A stretch of DNA of 35,592 bases from Octopus bimaculoides. Its lineage: Eukaryota. The stretch spans positions 37,305,426 to 37,341,017 of the forward strand of contig NC_069001.1 of assembly GCF_001194135.2 (NCBI RefSeq). Reading direction: 5' to 3'. The position numbers were made by a program, and so were the translations under genes. The notes under the pieces are model-generated. The model did not search any database and had not been told where the DNA came from. It was given only the letters and a program-made list of their open reading frames with translations. Below, piece after piece: positions 21,102 to 32,667 of this stretch. Numbering within the stretch: the stretch's first letter is position 1; every line of letters starts with the position of its first letter.

Positions 21102-21445
21102 AACATACATTTTTCTCTGTAGCGGTTTGCTGGCCACCAAGGAAGAGAAAGTCTGCAAGCTGGGTAAAATGTTTTGGCAGCAATTCCTTTGTTGTTACTT
21201 TCTGCCCTCAAATTCCACTGTGGTTGACTTTGCCTCTCATCTTTTCATAAAATAAGTACCAGTTACATACTGGGGTTAATGTAATCAACTAGACCCCTCC
21301 CACCCTTGTGCAAAAAGTGCCCCATTATACGAGTAATTTGCTGAATGAGCTGAGGCTCATGCGGAATTTTTGTCTTGAAGTATGCGTGGAAATCTGCAGT
21401 GCGAGCACAGAAATCGTCCAGTCTTTAGAATAATTTGGTTAATGA

Positions 21446-21580
21446 TTTAGTGGAAAAGGAGAAATGTACAATGTCTGTTTATATATTTTTCTATTTATCT
21501 ATTTCTCTTTCAGTTTAACCTGTGTGTGTGTGTGTGAATATATCTCTCTACTTTCTCTCTGTTTCAGTCTGTACATCTGT

Positions 21581-21611
<31 letters not shown>

Positions 21612-21730
21612 AGCAGCTCAAAGCTCTCCTCTTGTATGATATATTTAAGTAATTTACAGGAAAAACATTGAAGAATTCTTCCGTTGAATGTTTAATTGTT
21701 TTTATTAGAATTTGACATAAAAACCTAACA
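21446..21730 (+). repeat. Direct duplicate of 22623-22953 (3' part of UBXN11 exon 12, its donor and the adjacent intron)
   Basis: Aligns end to end at roughly 85 percent identity by eye, with indels at the embedded microsatellites. Confidence 0.9.
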
Positions 21731-21799
21731 TTCTCTTTCTTTATAATTGTCATTTTACTTGTAACTACACCTTTTCTGTTTTAAAACCAATAAAAAATT

Positions 21800-21928
21800 T
21801 TTTTGAAGTGGTTTTTGGAGGCTGGAACCGATTAATTATATTTTAGTTAATTTCAATGGGGAAAATTGATTTGTAAAACGAGCTCAGTCATGGAACGAAT
21901 TCAACTCGTACAGCAAGGCGTCACTGTA
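21800..21928. mobile_element. Tigger/pogo-like DNA transposon terminal fragment
   Basis: GGAACCGATTAATTATATTT...AATGGGGAAAATTGATT...GGAACGAATTCAACTCGTA...CACTGTA (TIR end plus TA). Confidence 0.65.
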
Positions 21929-22052
21929 CTTTTATTCATCTTTGTCCTCCCAATGTGCGTCATTAGCCATTCAGGGTTCAAATGGTGCCAGTTCATTAGT
22001 GTTCCATTTCTGTTATGTGTGCACAAACACATATCTTCTTTTGTCCTTCATC

Positions 22053-22428
22053 TCTTACTTGTTTCAGTCTTTAGACTGTGGCCATGCTGGGGCACCACCT
22101 CGAAGAATTTTTTAAAAGCCTGGTGCTTATTCCATCAGTCTCTATTTGCTGAACTCCTTGATTATGGGGGATGTAAACATACCAACACCAGTTATGGGGT
22201 GGTGGTGGTGGTGGTGGTGAAGGACAAAACACACACACACACAAATATATGTATATATATATATATATATATACATTGGGCTTCTTTCAGTTTCCATCTC
22301 CCAAATCCACTCAAAGCTTTGGCTGGCCCAAGGCTATAATAGAAAATGTTTGCTAATGGCTTCACTCAGTGGAACAGAACCTGGAACCTTTGTGATTGGG
22401 AAGCAATATTTTTACTACACAGCCATGC
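22053..22428 (-). mobile_element. SINE family A, near full length, decayed
   Basis: Reverse complement carries the head, the GAAACTGAAAGAAG motif, an internal microsatellite and the CCAGCATGGCCACAGTC tail. Confidence 0.75.
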
Positions 22429-22584
22429 TAGCTCTTTATATACATATATACTCACCTATATACAAATATATACATATATATACTCACACACACATATATG
22501 CACCTATATATATTATATTCATACAAACTTATATGCACACACACACACACGTTTATTAATTATGTATGTGTCTATTTATTTCAG

Positions 22585-22649
22585 TCACCACCAAAACCCA
22601 GACAACTGACCATTATTGAAACTTTAGTGGAAAAGGAGAAATGCACAAT
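22585..22649 (+). CDS. UBXN11: UBXN11 coding exon 12 (SPPKPRQLTIIETLVEKEKCT-M)
   Basis: TATTTATTTCAG acceptor, AT|GTCAGT donor. Phase 0 to 2 is exactly what bridges exons 11 and 13; IIET matches the IVVET motif of the human protein. Confidence 0.85.
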
Positions 22650-22792
22650 GTCAGTGTATATGTTTTTCTATTTATCCAACCCCCTTTCAGTTTAACCATC
22701 TAGCTCACTACATGGTTGTATGTGTGTGTGTGTGTGAATATATCTATCTTTATTTCTCTCTTTCTGTCTGTCTGTACAGTTGTCTCCCTCAC

Positions 22793-22844
<52 letters not shown>

Positions 22845-23260
22845 CAGGTCAAAGCTTTCCTCTTGTATTAAATACTTTACAAGAAAAGCATTGAAGAATT
22901 CTTCTGTTGAATGCTTAATTGTTTTTATTAGAATTTGACATAAAAACCAAACAATGCATTCATACATACACATATATAGAGAGAAAATACAGAAGAATTT
23001 ATAGTAACATAACCTATAATATTATAAATACCAGTTTTTGTTTAATACGCACACACATACACACATCTCCATCTATATGTATACATACATATGTACATAT
23101 ATATGTATGTATTCTTTTATAGAATAGTGGATCTCAAAACAAATAAAGTTATAAATAATCTTTTCTTCTGTAGATACAAGTCCTGGAATTTTGAGCAAAG
23201 GGATTAGTTGGTTGGTGCTGAACTGGTCCTTATTTCTTGGCCATTAAAGCTATGAGGAAA

Positions 23261-23478
23261 GGCGGTGAGCTGGCAGAAACACTAGCATGCCGGGCGAAAT
23301 GCTTGGCAGTATTTCGTCTGTCTTTACATTCTGAGTTCAAATTCCGCCAAGGTCGACTTCACCTTTCATCCTTTTGGAGTCGATAAATTAAGTACCAGTT
23401 GCATACTGGGGTTGATCTAATCGACTGCCCCCCCCCCCAAGAAAGCATTTGGGGCCTTGTGCCAAGAGTAGGAAAGAA
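23261..23478 (+). mobile_element. tRNA-derived SINE (family B), best-preserved copy
   Basis: GGCGGTGAGCTGGCAGAA...GAGTTCAAATTCC (B box)...CCTTTCATCCTTTTGGAGTCGATAAATTAAGTACCAG (Meta/MESC-like central domain, from memory). Confidence 0.85.
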
Positions 23479-23584
23479 TGAAGCTATAAGGAATAACCTG
23501 TAATTATCATTAGAAAAATAATCAAGCACAGCCTTTGAGTTTTTCTATTGAAAGCCTTTCTTTTGGCTCGATATTTACAAGCTG

Positions 23585-23905
23585 TTGGCCTGGCTGGCTC
23601 TGTGTTAGGACGATGAGTGTTCCAGTAGATCCCATCAATGGCAAGGCCTGCTCATGAAATTAACGTGCAAGTGGCTGAGTACTCCACAGACATGTTTACC
23701 CTTAATGTAGTTCTCAAGGTGATTCAGCATCACACAGAGTATGACAAGGCTGTCCCCTTTCAATTACAGCTACAACTCACTTTTGCCAGCTGAGTGGACT
23801 GGTGCAATGTGAAATAAAGTGCCTTGCATTAGGACACTGCCAAGAATTGAACCCATGACTTTACAATTGTGAGTTGAATGCCCTAACACTAAGCCACACA
23901 CCTTC
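23585..23905 (-). mobile_element. CORE-domain SINE sharing its 3' module with the 17218-17610 element
   Basis: Reverse complement GTGTCC...GCAAGGCACTTTATTTCACATTGCACCAGTCCACTCAGCTGGCAAAA is CORE-like; 23620-23770 aligns to 17261-17409. Confidence 0.7.
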
Positions 23906-24747
23906 ACATGCTGTTGTTTATAGATTTATTTGCTTCAAGGTCAACCATTCCCGAAATGAATTATTTTTCACATTCTCTTGAAGCTTATAAAAAAGATCCT
24001 TATGACATCAACAATATATACGTGTGTGTGTGTGGTATATATATTTATACATATATACATATATATACATATGCATACAAACATACATACATACACATAT
24101 ATATGCATACATACATGTGTGTGTGTGTGTGTGTATTCACAAGCACATATGCACAGATAGATTTTTTGATGTTATTTATTGTTTATGTCAAGTAGGTACT
24201 TATGAGGCTCTGTTCTTTCCATTTTTATTGCTATCTTGTACAAACACACACCCTCACGTTTGAATGCATGTGAAAGTGATTCTACATACATGCATATATC
24301 TGTTCACAGGCACATACATGTGTGTGTGTGTTTAATAACGGCTTGATTCAACTCCTTCAGATTCTTGGAAGTGTAGCAGATACGGGACACATCCCATCAT
24401 GTGTTCACAGACACTTGATGAAGTGGACTTGTCTTTTGCTCATGATACTATCAAGAATATGAAGGAAGAGTGTCAAGCTGTTATTAAATGTTTGTATCTC
24501 CACCTAAATTTGTTGAGTGCATCGTATATGCCATAAAATTGCAGTATATTATTGAAAAGCTTCTTGAAAAACCCCGCTTTTTGTTTTCTGTTGTGGCCCA
24601 CACAATGAAGAGGTCGTTTTGCACTCCGTCTCATGAGCTATAAAGGCCATAGTAGAAGTAGGGATTTTCCAATTGTAATCTAGCTACATTTGTTATTTGC
24701 CCCTGGATAGGGTCTGTGAGGGTTATCATTGTTGCTATTGCTGAATC

Positions 24748-25175
24748 GTAAGCTGGCTGAATCGTTAGCACATGGGACAAAATGCTAAGCATCATTTCTC
24801 CTTGTTCTTTACATTCTGAGTTCAAACCCTACTGAGGTCATTTTTACCTTTCATCCTTTTGGGGGTCGATAAAATCAGTAGCGGTCACTGGGGTTAGTGA
24901 AAATGACTTATATCCTCCCACAAAAATTCAGGCTTTGTGCCTATATTAGAAAGAAATATCTAGAAAAAAAATTATCATTATTTGTGAGCTGGCACAATCG
25001 TTAGCATTGCTGGGAAAAATGCTTAACAGCATTTCACCTTTCTTTATGTTCTGAGTTCAAATTCCACTGAGGTTGACTTTGTCTTTCATCTTTCAGGGTC
25101 AATAAAATTAGTACCAGTTGTGCACTGGGGTTGATGTAATTGACTTACCCGCCCAAACTTGCTGGCCTTGTGCCA
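24748..25175 (+). mobile_element. Two adjacent SINE family B copies (about 24748-24955 and 24985-25175)
   Basis: Each has GAATCGTTAGC/AATCGTTAGC, TTCTGAGTTCAAA, the CTTTCATC...GGTC(G/A)ATAAAAT domain and GGC(C/T)TTGTGCC. Confidence 0.8.
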
Positions 25176-26134
25176 CATTTGGAAATCAATTTTCTTATGC
25201 TTTTGTGTTGTGGTTTCCAACTTTTTGGATATATGCACAGATCCAGGACCTGGATTTCTTTCGGGGTGCGGGGGTGGGGGTGGGGGCATACCTAAAAAAT
25301 GTAACACCCGTCAACTACAGAAAAATATATTTAAAGAGGGAAGATCACTGAGATCCANNNNNNNNNNNNNNNNNNNNNNNNNNNNNNNNNNNNNNNNNNN
25401 NNNNNNNNNNNNNNNNNNNNNNNNNNNNNNNNNNNNNNNNNNNNNNNNNNNNNNNNNNNNNNNNNNNNNNNNNNNNNNNNNNNNNNNNNNNNNNNNNNNN
25501 NNNNNNNNNNNNNNNNNNNNNNNNNNNNNNNNNNNNNNNNNNNNNNNNNNNNNNNNNNNNNNNNNNNNNNNNNNNNNNNNNNNNNNNNNNNNNNNNNNNN
25601 NNNNNNNNNNNNNNNNNNNNNNNNNNNNNNNNNATATATGATATATAAGATATGTGTGTTGTATATCAATGCTCATCTTTGTATCTATTTATGAGTCTTC
25701 TATCTCTCTCTCTCTCTCTCATTCTCTCCTCCCCCCATTCGCCCATCCTACCAAGTTTATCATAGGATAAATGTGTACATAAGAAACCCTCCCACAAAAT
25801 CACAGCTAAAAGTAAGTCAACAATGGTATCTGTATGTGATTGGTTTACATACTAGAACTAGCAGCTAGACCTTCAAACCACACCATGCTGTTTTCAGAAC
25901 AGAAACACTCCCACACATGCACACAACAACAACATCAACAACAACATGCATGCACACACACATGCAACTACAGCATGCCACTTGCCATTAATTAATAACA
26001 TATAATTAATTGGTGAAAACCACTAAAGAGATTGTGGGAAACACAAATGTTGTCTGTGCTGGTTGGTCTTTGATGTGGTTATCAGCTTTTGGGAGATGAA
26101 ATTTAAAATACTCTATAAATTATATATATGTGCA

Positions 26135-26195
<61 letters not shown>

Positions 26196-26716
26196 NNNNN
26201 NNNNNNNNNNNNNNNNNNNNNNNNNNNNNNNNNNNNNNNNNNNNNNNNNNNNNNNNNNNNNNNNNNNNNNNNNNNNNNNNNNNNNNNNNNNNNNNNNNNN
26301 NNNNNNNNNNNNNNNNNNNNNNNNNNNNNNNNNNNNNNNNNNNNNNNNNNNNNNNNNNNNNNNNNNNNNNNNNNNNNNNNNNNNNNNNNNNNNNNNNNNN
26401 NNNNNNNNNNNNNNNNNNNNNNNNNNNNNNNNNNNNNNNNNNNNNNNNNNNNNNNNNNNNNNNNNNNNNNNNNNNNNNNNNNNNNNNNNNNNNNNNNNNN
26501 NNNNNNNNNNNNNNNNNNNNNNNNNNNNNNNNNNNNNNNNNNNNNNNNNNNNNNNNNNNNNNNNNNNNNNNNNNNNNNNNNNNNNNNNNNNNNNNNNNNN
26601 NNNNNNNNNNNNNNNNNNNNNNNNNNNNTATATATATATATATACATGTGTATATGTGTGTGTGTGTATACACGCACACATATATTTGCATGTATATATA
26701 TGTGTGTGTATGTATA

Positions 26717-27106
26717 TATCATCATCATCATTTAATCTCTGTTATCCATGCTGGCATGGGTTGGACGGTTTGACTGGGCTGGCATGTTGGAAGGCTGCAC
26801 CAGGATCCAGTCTGATTTGGCGGAGTGTCTACAGCTGGATGCCCTTCCTAACACCAACCACTCCGAGTGTGTAGTAGGTGCTTTTAAATGTCACCTGCAC
26901 GAAGGCCAGTCAGGCGGTACTGGCAACGGCCACACTCAAAATGGTGTATTTTACGTGCCACCTGCACAGGAGCCAGTCCAGCGGCACTGGCAATGATCTC
27001 GCTCAAATGTCTTTTCACATGTCCCCGGCACAAGTGCTGAGAGAGCGATGTTCGTAACGATCACGCTCAAATGGTGCTATTTACGTGCCACCAGCACGGA
27101 AGCCAT
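26717..27106 (-). mobile_element. SINE-like retroposon with (GAT)n tail and internal tandem repeats of about 60 bp
   Basis: Family core GGATGCCCTTCCTAACACCAACCACTCC; repeated ACGTGCCACC(T/A)GCAC..GAGCCA..GGCACTGGCAA..CGCTCAAATG units. Confidence 0.8.
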
Positions 27107-27193
27107 ATATATGCATGTGTATATATACATATATGAGTATATATGTATATATATATGTGTGTATATGTATATATGTACATGTATGCATGTGTC

Positions 27194-27237
<44 letters not shown>

Positions 27238-27401
27238 TATATATGTATATGTATGCATGTGTGTGTATGTGTGTGTGTGTATATATCTCTATGCATACAT
27301 ATATATAAGCATATATGTGTGTATGTATATATATATGTACATATATATGTGTGTCTATGTATATATGTATATATATATAATGTGTGTATATATATATGTG
27401 T

Positions 27402-27483
<82 letters not shown>

Positions 27484-27602
27484 NNNNNNNNNNNNNNNNN
27501 NNNNNNNNNNNNNNNNNNNNNNNNNNNNNNNNNNNNNNNNNNNNNNNNNNNNNNNNNNNNNNNNNNNNNNNNNNNNNNNNNNNNNNNNNNNNNNNNNNNN
27601 NN

Positions 27603-27640
<38 letters not shown>
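27107..27640. repeat. Compound (TA)n/(TG)n microsatellite block around a gap
   Basis: Direct inspection. Confidence 0.95.
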
Positions 27641-27641
<1 letters not shown>

Positions 27642-28831
27642 GTGTGTGTTTATGTGCCTAAAGCCACCGCACCCTTACTCATCTGGGAATGTTACCCAGA
27701 ATAGGTCTCATACTAAACCAGGATTGAACATTCTGGGAATTTTCTCAGAGCCTTTTGCCTGTTAATATATTCATTATATGCATTTTTGTCAGTGTTTGTG
27801 TGTGTGTGTGTGTGCGTGTGTGCCTGTGTTTATATACATACATTTATATATGTGTGTGTGTCTGTGTGCGTGTGTACTTGGTAGAAACTTGTGATAGACA
27901 CGTATATGCATGAATACATATACGTGTGTATGTGTATATATATATATGAAGGACATTTGCATGGGATTTAGTAATTCATTGACTTTTATATATGCCACAC
28001 CTAAATGTGTGTGACATCATCTCTTTCTTTATTAGCATATGTCCTTGTGATATATAAGCATGTGTGTGTGAAGGACATGCCACACAGGACTTTTCCAAAA
28101 ATGTTTTGTCTAATTCTAGATCATCATGTCCTTTTTGTACAATGGCTATTTTCTTGAATTACAACTGTCCTCACATTATTGATCCAAATCACACGTACTT
28201 GTGTGTGTGTGTATCTGTCTGTTAATAATTGTCATGATTCATAATAAATTCTCGTATATGCCATCTTCCGTCTTTCATTTGCCATATGCATAACTGTGAA
28301 AGTGACCATGCTTTACCAGTAAGCTACCAGGTGTAAACCATTTGTTTTATTTTCTATCAATATATATAGGTGTATGTATTATCTATATCTATAAAACAGA
28401 ATTTGTGTGTGTGTGGTGCATATGTTCCTTACCGATTCGAAAACTGAGTTGCTGATTTTGACATATGAAGCATCAAAAGATTCAGTAGTCTTTTGACTAC
28501 CAAATAAAGTATGTTTTTTGCACAAAAGCTCTTTTTTACTACAAAAATAACCTTGTAAAGGAGGTCAGGTTGCACAATTTTAAGGTCATTTTTGGACAAT
28601 ATTTGGATTTGCTTCTAATCTATGTTGCTAATTTTAATGTTTTTAGTGTTAAAAAAATGAAGCAATGTACAAGGAGTGTTATGAGTGCATTTGTGATGCA
28701 GAAAACCCTATTTGTCAATGGAAAATGACCATAAAACATGCTTCTTTGGCACAATTATTGCCACATTTTCAGTACCACCCACTTCTTTTCAATATGGGAG
28801 AATACGATTTTGACCAAAAATCACGTTTTCA

Positions 28832-28910
28832 AAATACCTACAATCTACTCTACAATTTGATCAACAATTTGAATATAGAGAACAAATTGTAGAGTGGATT
28901 GTAGGTATTT
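28832..28910. repeat. Inverted repeat, 28-bp arms (27/28), 23-nt loop
   Basis: 28832-28859 versus the reverse complement of 28883-28910. Confidence 0.85.
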
Positions 28911-28960
28911 GACACCTATTTCTAGCATTAACTATAATTATATCTTTTTAATTATATACC

Positions 28961-29001
<41 letters not shown>

Positions 29002-29167
29002 ACACATACTCACACATACACACACAAACTTAAGGTCAGTACAAATATATTTGAAGTCGTGGAGAAAAAAATTCTCTCTTGAGACAAGAATGTGATAGAA
29101 TGGCGCAGTCAGCTGAGTGACCCCTCCCCCCCATTGGTCAGGTGGTTGCATTTCAAACTGATTACTA

Positions 29168-29275
29168 GGTGCCGGCATGGTTATGTGGTTAAGTAGTTTG
29201 CTTCCCAATCATATGGTTTCAGGTTTAGTACCACTGCATGCCACCTTAGGCAAGTGTCTTTTATTTGATCAATAT
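29168..29275 (+). mobile_element. SINE family A head fragment
   Basis: GGTGCCGGCATGGTTATGTGGTTAAG...CCACCTTAGGCAAGTGTCTT. Confidence 0.65.
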
Positions 29276-29364
29276 TCTGGACAAGACTGTGGTTCTACAG
29301 TGGAGATGCAAACTAAACGTGAATGTATCGTAGCTATATATTTGGGTCATAGCCATAGATAGCT

Positions 29365-29810
29365 TTATATATAGACAGCTGGTGAATGAATGACAAGAGG
29401 CTGACTAAATGAAGCTAAGACATTTTTAACCGTTTTGAAGATTTTTGAAATCATATTCAGCCAATGCAGATCATTGTTGATGATAATTACCCTGGTCACA
29501 TTCTCCAGTAAATTTCTTATGTTTGGCATTGTGGAAAAAGTAGGTAGGTCTGGGGTCTTCCTCCCAAAATCTATAGTGGTGCGCTTGTCTGCAACCAGCT
29601 GGAGTTGCCACTCAGCAATCCATTGCTGCATTGTATCCAGGTTAGATTGCAGGAAAAACCCATAGCTTATAGAATCCATTCTTTTTATCTTAAGGACAGC
29701 TTGATGTTCTTAGTGAATTTTAACACAGTCTCCTGCTTTAACTTGGCATTTGTTTCATATACTATGAACAACAAGGCATCAACAATAGATCCCTGTGGAA
29801 CTCCAAATAT
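29365..29810 (-). mobile_element. CR1/L2-group LINE reverse transcriptase fragment
   Basis: FGVPQGSIVDALLF, then LQSNLDTMQQWIAEWQLQL..DK; the YADD position has decayed. Confidence 0.8.
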
Positions 29811-30015
29811 AAATAGAGTCCAGAATGTTATCCTACAGTGACTACCTTTTTTTTTTTCTTTTTGGGATTGAGAATGAAGGACTGCAGCCAGTTATTAAGA
29901 TTAGCACCCTCCGCTCTCATAGAGAGCTTCACTATAAGTCATTTGTTTGGTACAGAACTTGGCTACGAAACAAAAGCACAGGAGTGAAATTACTGGTATC
30001 TTTGTATATTTTCAG

Positions 30016-30159
30016 GTCCCAAAGTCCCCATCAGACAAGTACTGAAGCTGATGTTGCCAACATTCGAGTGAAATCTGAAACAGGGGACTGTACATACCTG
30101 ATAAAGATGAAGTACCTGGACACAATTGGGGACTTAAGAATATATCTGGATACCCACAG
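30016..30159 (+). CDS. UBXN11: UBXN11 coding exon 13, UBX domain N-half
   Basis: SQSPHQTSTEADVANIRVKSETGDCTYLIKMKYLDTIGDLRIYLDTH; ATTTTCAG acceptor, AG|GTAAGA donor, phase 2 to 2. Confidence 0.95.
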
Positions 30160-30364
30160 GTAAGAAGAATTTCAGGCCCTGGCTTGGTTTGTTTTCGTCT
30201 GCATTATGATGGTGAGCAGGTGAGTGGTTAGTATTAGGAAATTATCAAGATACAATATGGAAATTTGGATTTTTCACTTCTAGAGTTCTAGAGCCTCCTC
30301 CATTCTGTAAATTTGTAACTTTAAATCCAATGTTGCTGTACATCAAATATACGCACACATGCAT

Positions 30365-30402
<38 letters not shown>

Positions 30403-30932
30403 TGTGTGTGTGTATGGATGTGACAGTTATAAGAAGACAGATGTGGCTTCTGCAGCTTGTTGTTGAACAAGTTGCACAGATGATTTGTTTATTGTGATCA
30501 AATGCTAGTGCTGTACATCAGCTTACTCCTTTGGATAAAATCAACATTACCTGTACAGGTGAATAGTGTGCCGCATGTCAGGTGTTGAAGGGATCAGTAG
30601 GGAAATGTGAAAAATGAAGCATTTTGTTCAAGATTACAATGAACTGTTCAGTCTAGGAACTGAAACCATGATCTTGTGGTCATGAACGCAGCATCCTAAC
30701 TAACACTAGGCCACATATATACACACACATATATATACACACACATATATATACACACACATATATATATACACTCATATACACACACATATCACTATGT
30801 AACTATTGATTTGAAGCAAAGTAATATTTCACCATGGCCGGACATGTTTTTTATGGAAGACTTACAAATGAACATTATTACATTTATGATGATAATGCTT
30901 GTTTACAACCATCACATAACCTCAAGACAAGG

Positions 30933-30967
<35 letters not shown>

Positions 30968-31849
30968 TACACAAATACACACATACATATATGTTTGATG
31001 AGCTTCTTTCCGTTTCTTATTTCTTTATTGCCCACAAAGGGCTAAACATAGAGGGGACAAACAAGGACAGACAAAGGGATTAAGTCGATTACATCGACCC
31101 CAGTGTGTAACTGGTACTTTCAACTCATCTTATTAATAACTGTTGTTACTGCTGCTGCTGCTGTTGTTGCTGTTGCTGTGGCTGCTGTTGCTGTTGTGAT
31201 TGTTGTTATTTTGTTGTTTGTGACAAATTATGAACATCACCAACAACACACATCAATCCCACATCGTCCAGGAGGTTTCAAAAATATTACAGGATATTTA
31301 TTGGACAATACGCTATTGTCAGAGAGAAAAGACAAACCATAGATCTGTTTCTGTCTCTTGTTGGCCAGATTTGGTGTCCTGTTAGGTGACCAGGACAGAG
31401 ATGAACTCTGCAACACTGCCACATTTCGTAGCATACAGCAACAACAATGTCAACATTGTTTTCACACTAAAACAATATTGAACGAATCAATGTAATGGCT
31501 GCGTGCGTGCGCCTGTGAGTGGTTGAGTGTGTCTATATATGTCTGAGTGAGTGTATCTGTGTGTATGAGCATGTGTTTTGTGTGTGTGTTTACAGATGAA
31601 GTATATGTGTGTTTGTATGCGTGTGTGTGTATGTGCATATGTGTGTATGTGTGTGTGTGTGTGCGTGTGTGCGTGTGTGTGTGTGTGTGTAGTGCCTCTC
31701 ATGTTTATAGATGAAGTTGTGAATCACACAGTTGGAGAAAGAAGTGTTGCCTTCTAGCCATTTTGTTGTAATGTGTGAGAGTGGTGACCATGATGTGAGT
31801 TAATGGGCCTGCCCTGAACATACACACACACATACATACTTATTGGTAT

Positions 31850-32583
31850 CACATCTATTTTCGTCTTCTTTCACATTGATCCTGTTCTCACTGGGGCATG
31901 CTATGTCGATTATCATACACGTTCTTTCTTTTTTATTCACCACAACAATGTCCAGTTTCCGATGTCTGGTTGGTTGATCACGCTGGATCATTGCATCTCA
32001 CAGGATTTTGCAATTCTCATTTTCAGTGACTCCTCCTGGAGTTTTCTCATACCACCGCTTTGCTCTTTGAAGGCCATAGTTTCCACAGAGCTCCCAATGG
32101 AGCATTCTTACCACATTGTCAGGGTGTCTTTTGTATTTGCATTGTGCCAATTTTGGGTATTCGCTAACGATGTGCCATATCATTTCGCCCCTCTTACCAC
32201 ACATCCTGCACTTGTTGCTATTGGTAGTGTTGTCTATTCTGCACTTCATATGATTGGTCCTTAATGCTTGTTCCTGAGCTGCGCATATGAATGCTTCTGT
32301 CTCTGTCTTCAGGTCACTCCTCCTCATCCATAGCCAACGGTCCTCTGTATCTGTCTTTATGTTCACGTCTCTTGCAAACTGGCCGTTCATTTTCTTTTCC
32401 CTCCGTGCTTTTTCTTTTTTTTTTTTTGTTCATTTCTTGTTTAAATTTTTCTGTAGTTAAACAATTTTCAATTTTGATGATGCCAGCTTTCTTTGTGCAT
32501 TTCAACAGTGACTCCACAGCATTTTTTATATACCACCCTAAGCTGTTTTTCTCTGCTTCAATACAACCCTGGCAACTGATCAA
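31850..32583 (-). mobile_element. R4/Dong-like non-LTR retrotransposon fragment (zinc knuckle plus restriction-like endonuclease)
   Basis: LISCQGCIEAEKNSLGWYI; GQFAR...LKTETEAFICAAQEQALRTN; CRMCGKRGEMIWHIVSE(Y) knuckle; RK(L)DIVVV..CMIIDIACP..KE RLE motif. Confidence 0.88.
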
Positions 32584-32599
32584 ATTATTATTATTATTA

Positions 32600-32639
<40 letters not shown>
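32584..32639. repeat. (TTA/TAA)n microsatellite, about 18 units
   Basis: Direct inspection; one interruption. Confidence 0.97.
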
Positions 32640-32667
32640 GATCCTCTTCCTCCTTCTCCTGTTGTAG

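Noticed and set aside
24361-24520. Possible exon after TCCTTCAG in intron 12
   Set aside because: Stop in the frame tested for UBXN11, no matching donor and no homology
29825-30015. In-frame 5' extension of exon 13, or a separate exon NEGLQPV...
   Set aside because: A strong acceptor at 30015 and a well-supported exon 12 at 22585 already complete the protein; the upstream site (GATTGAG) is atypical
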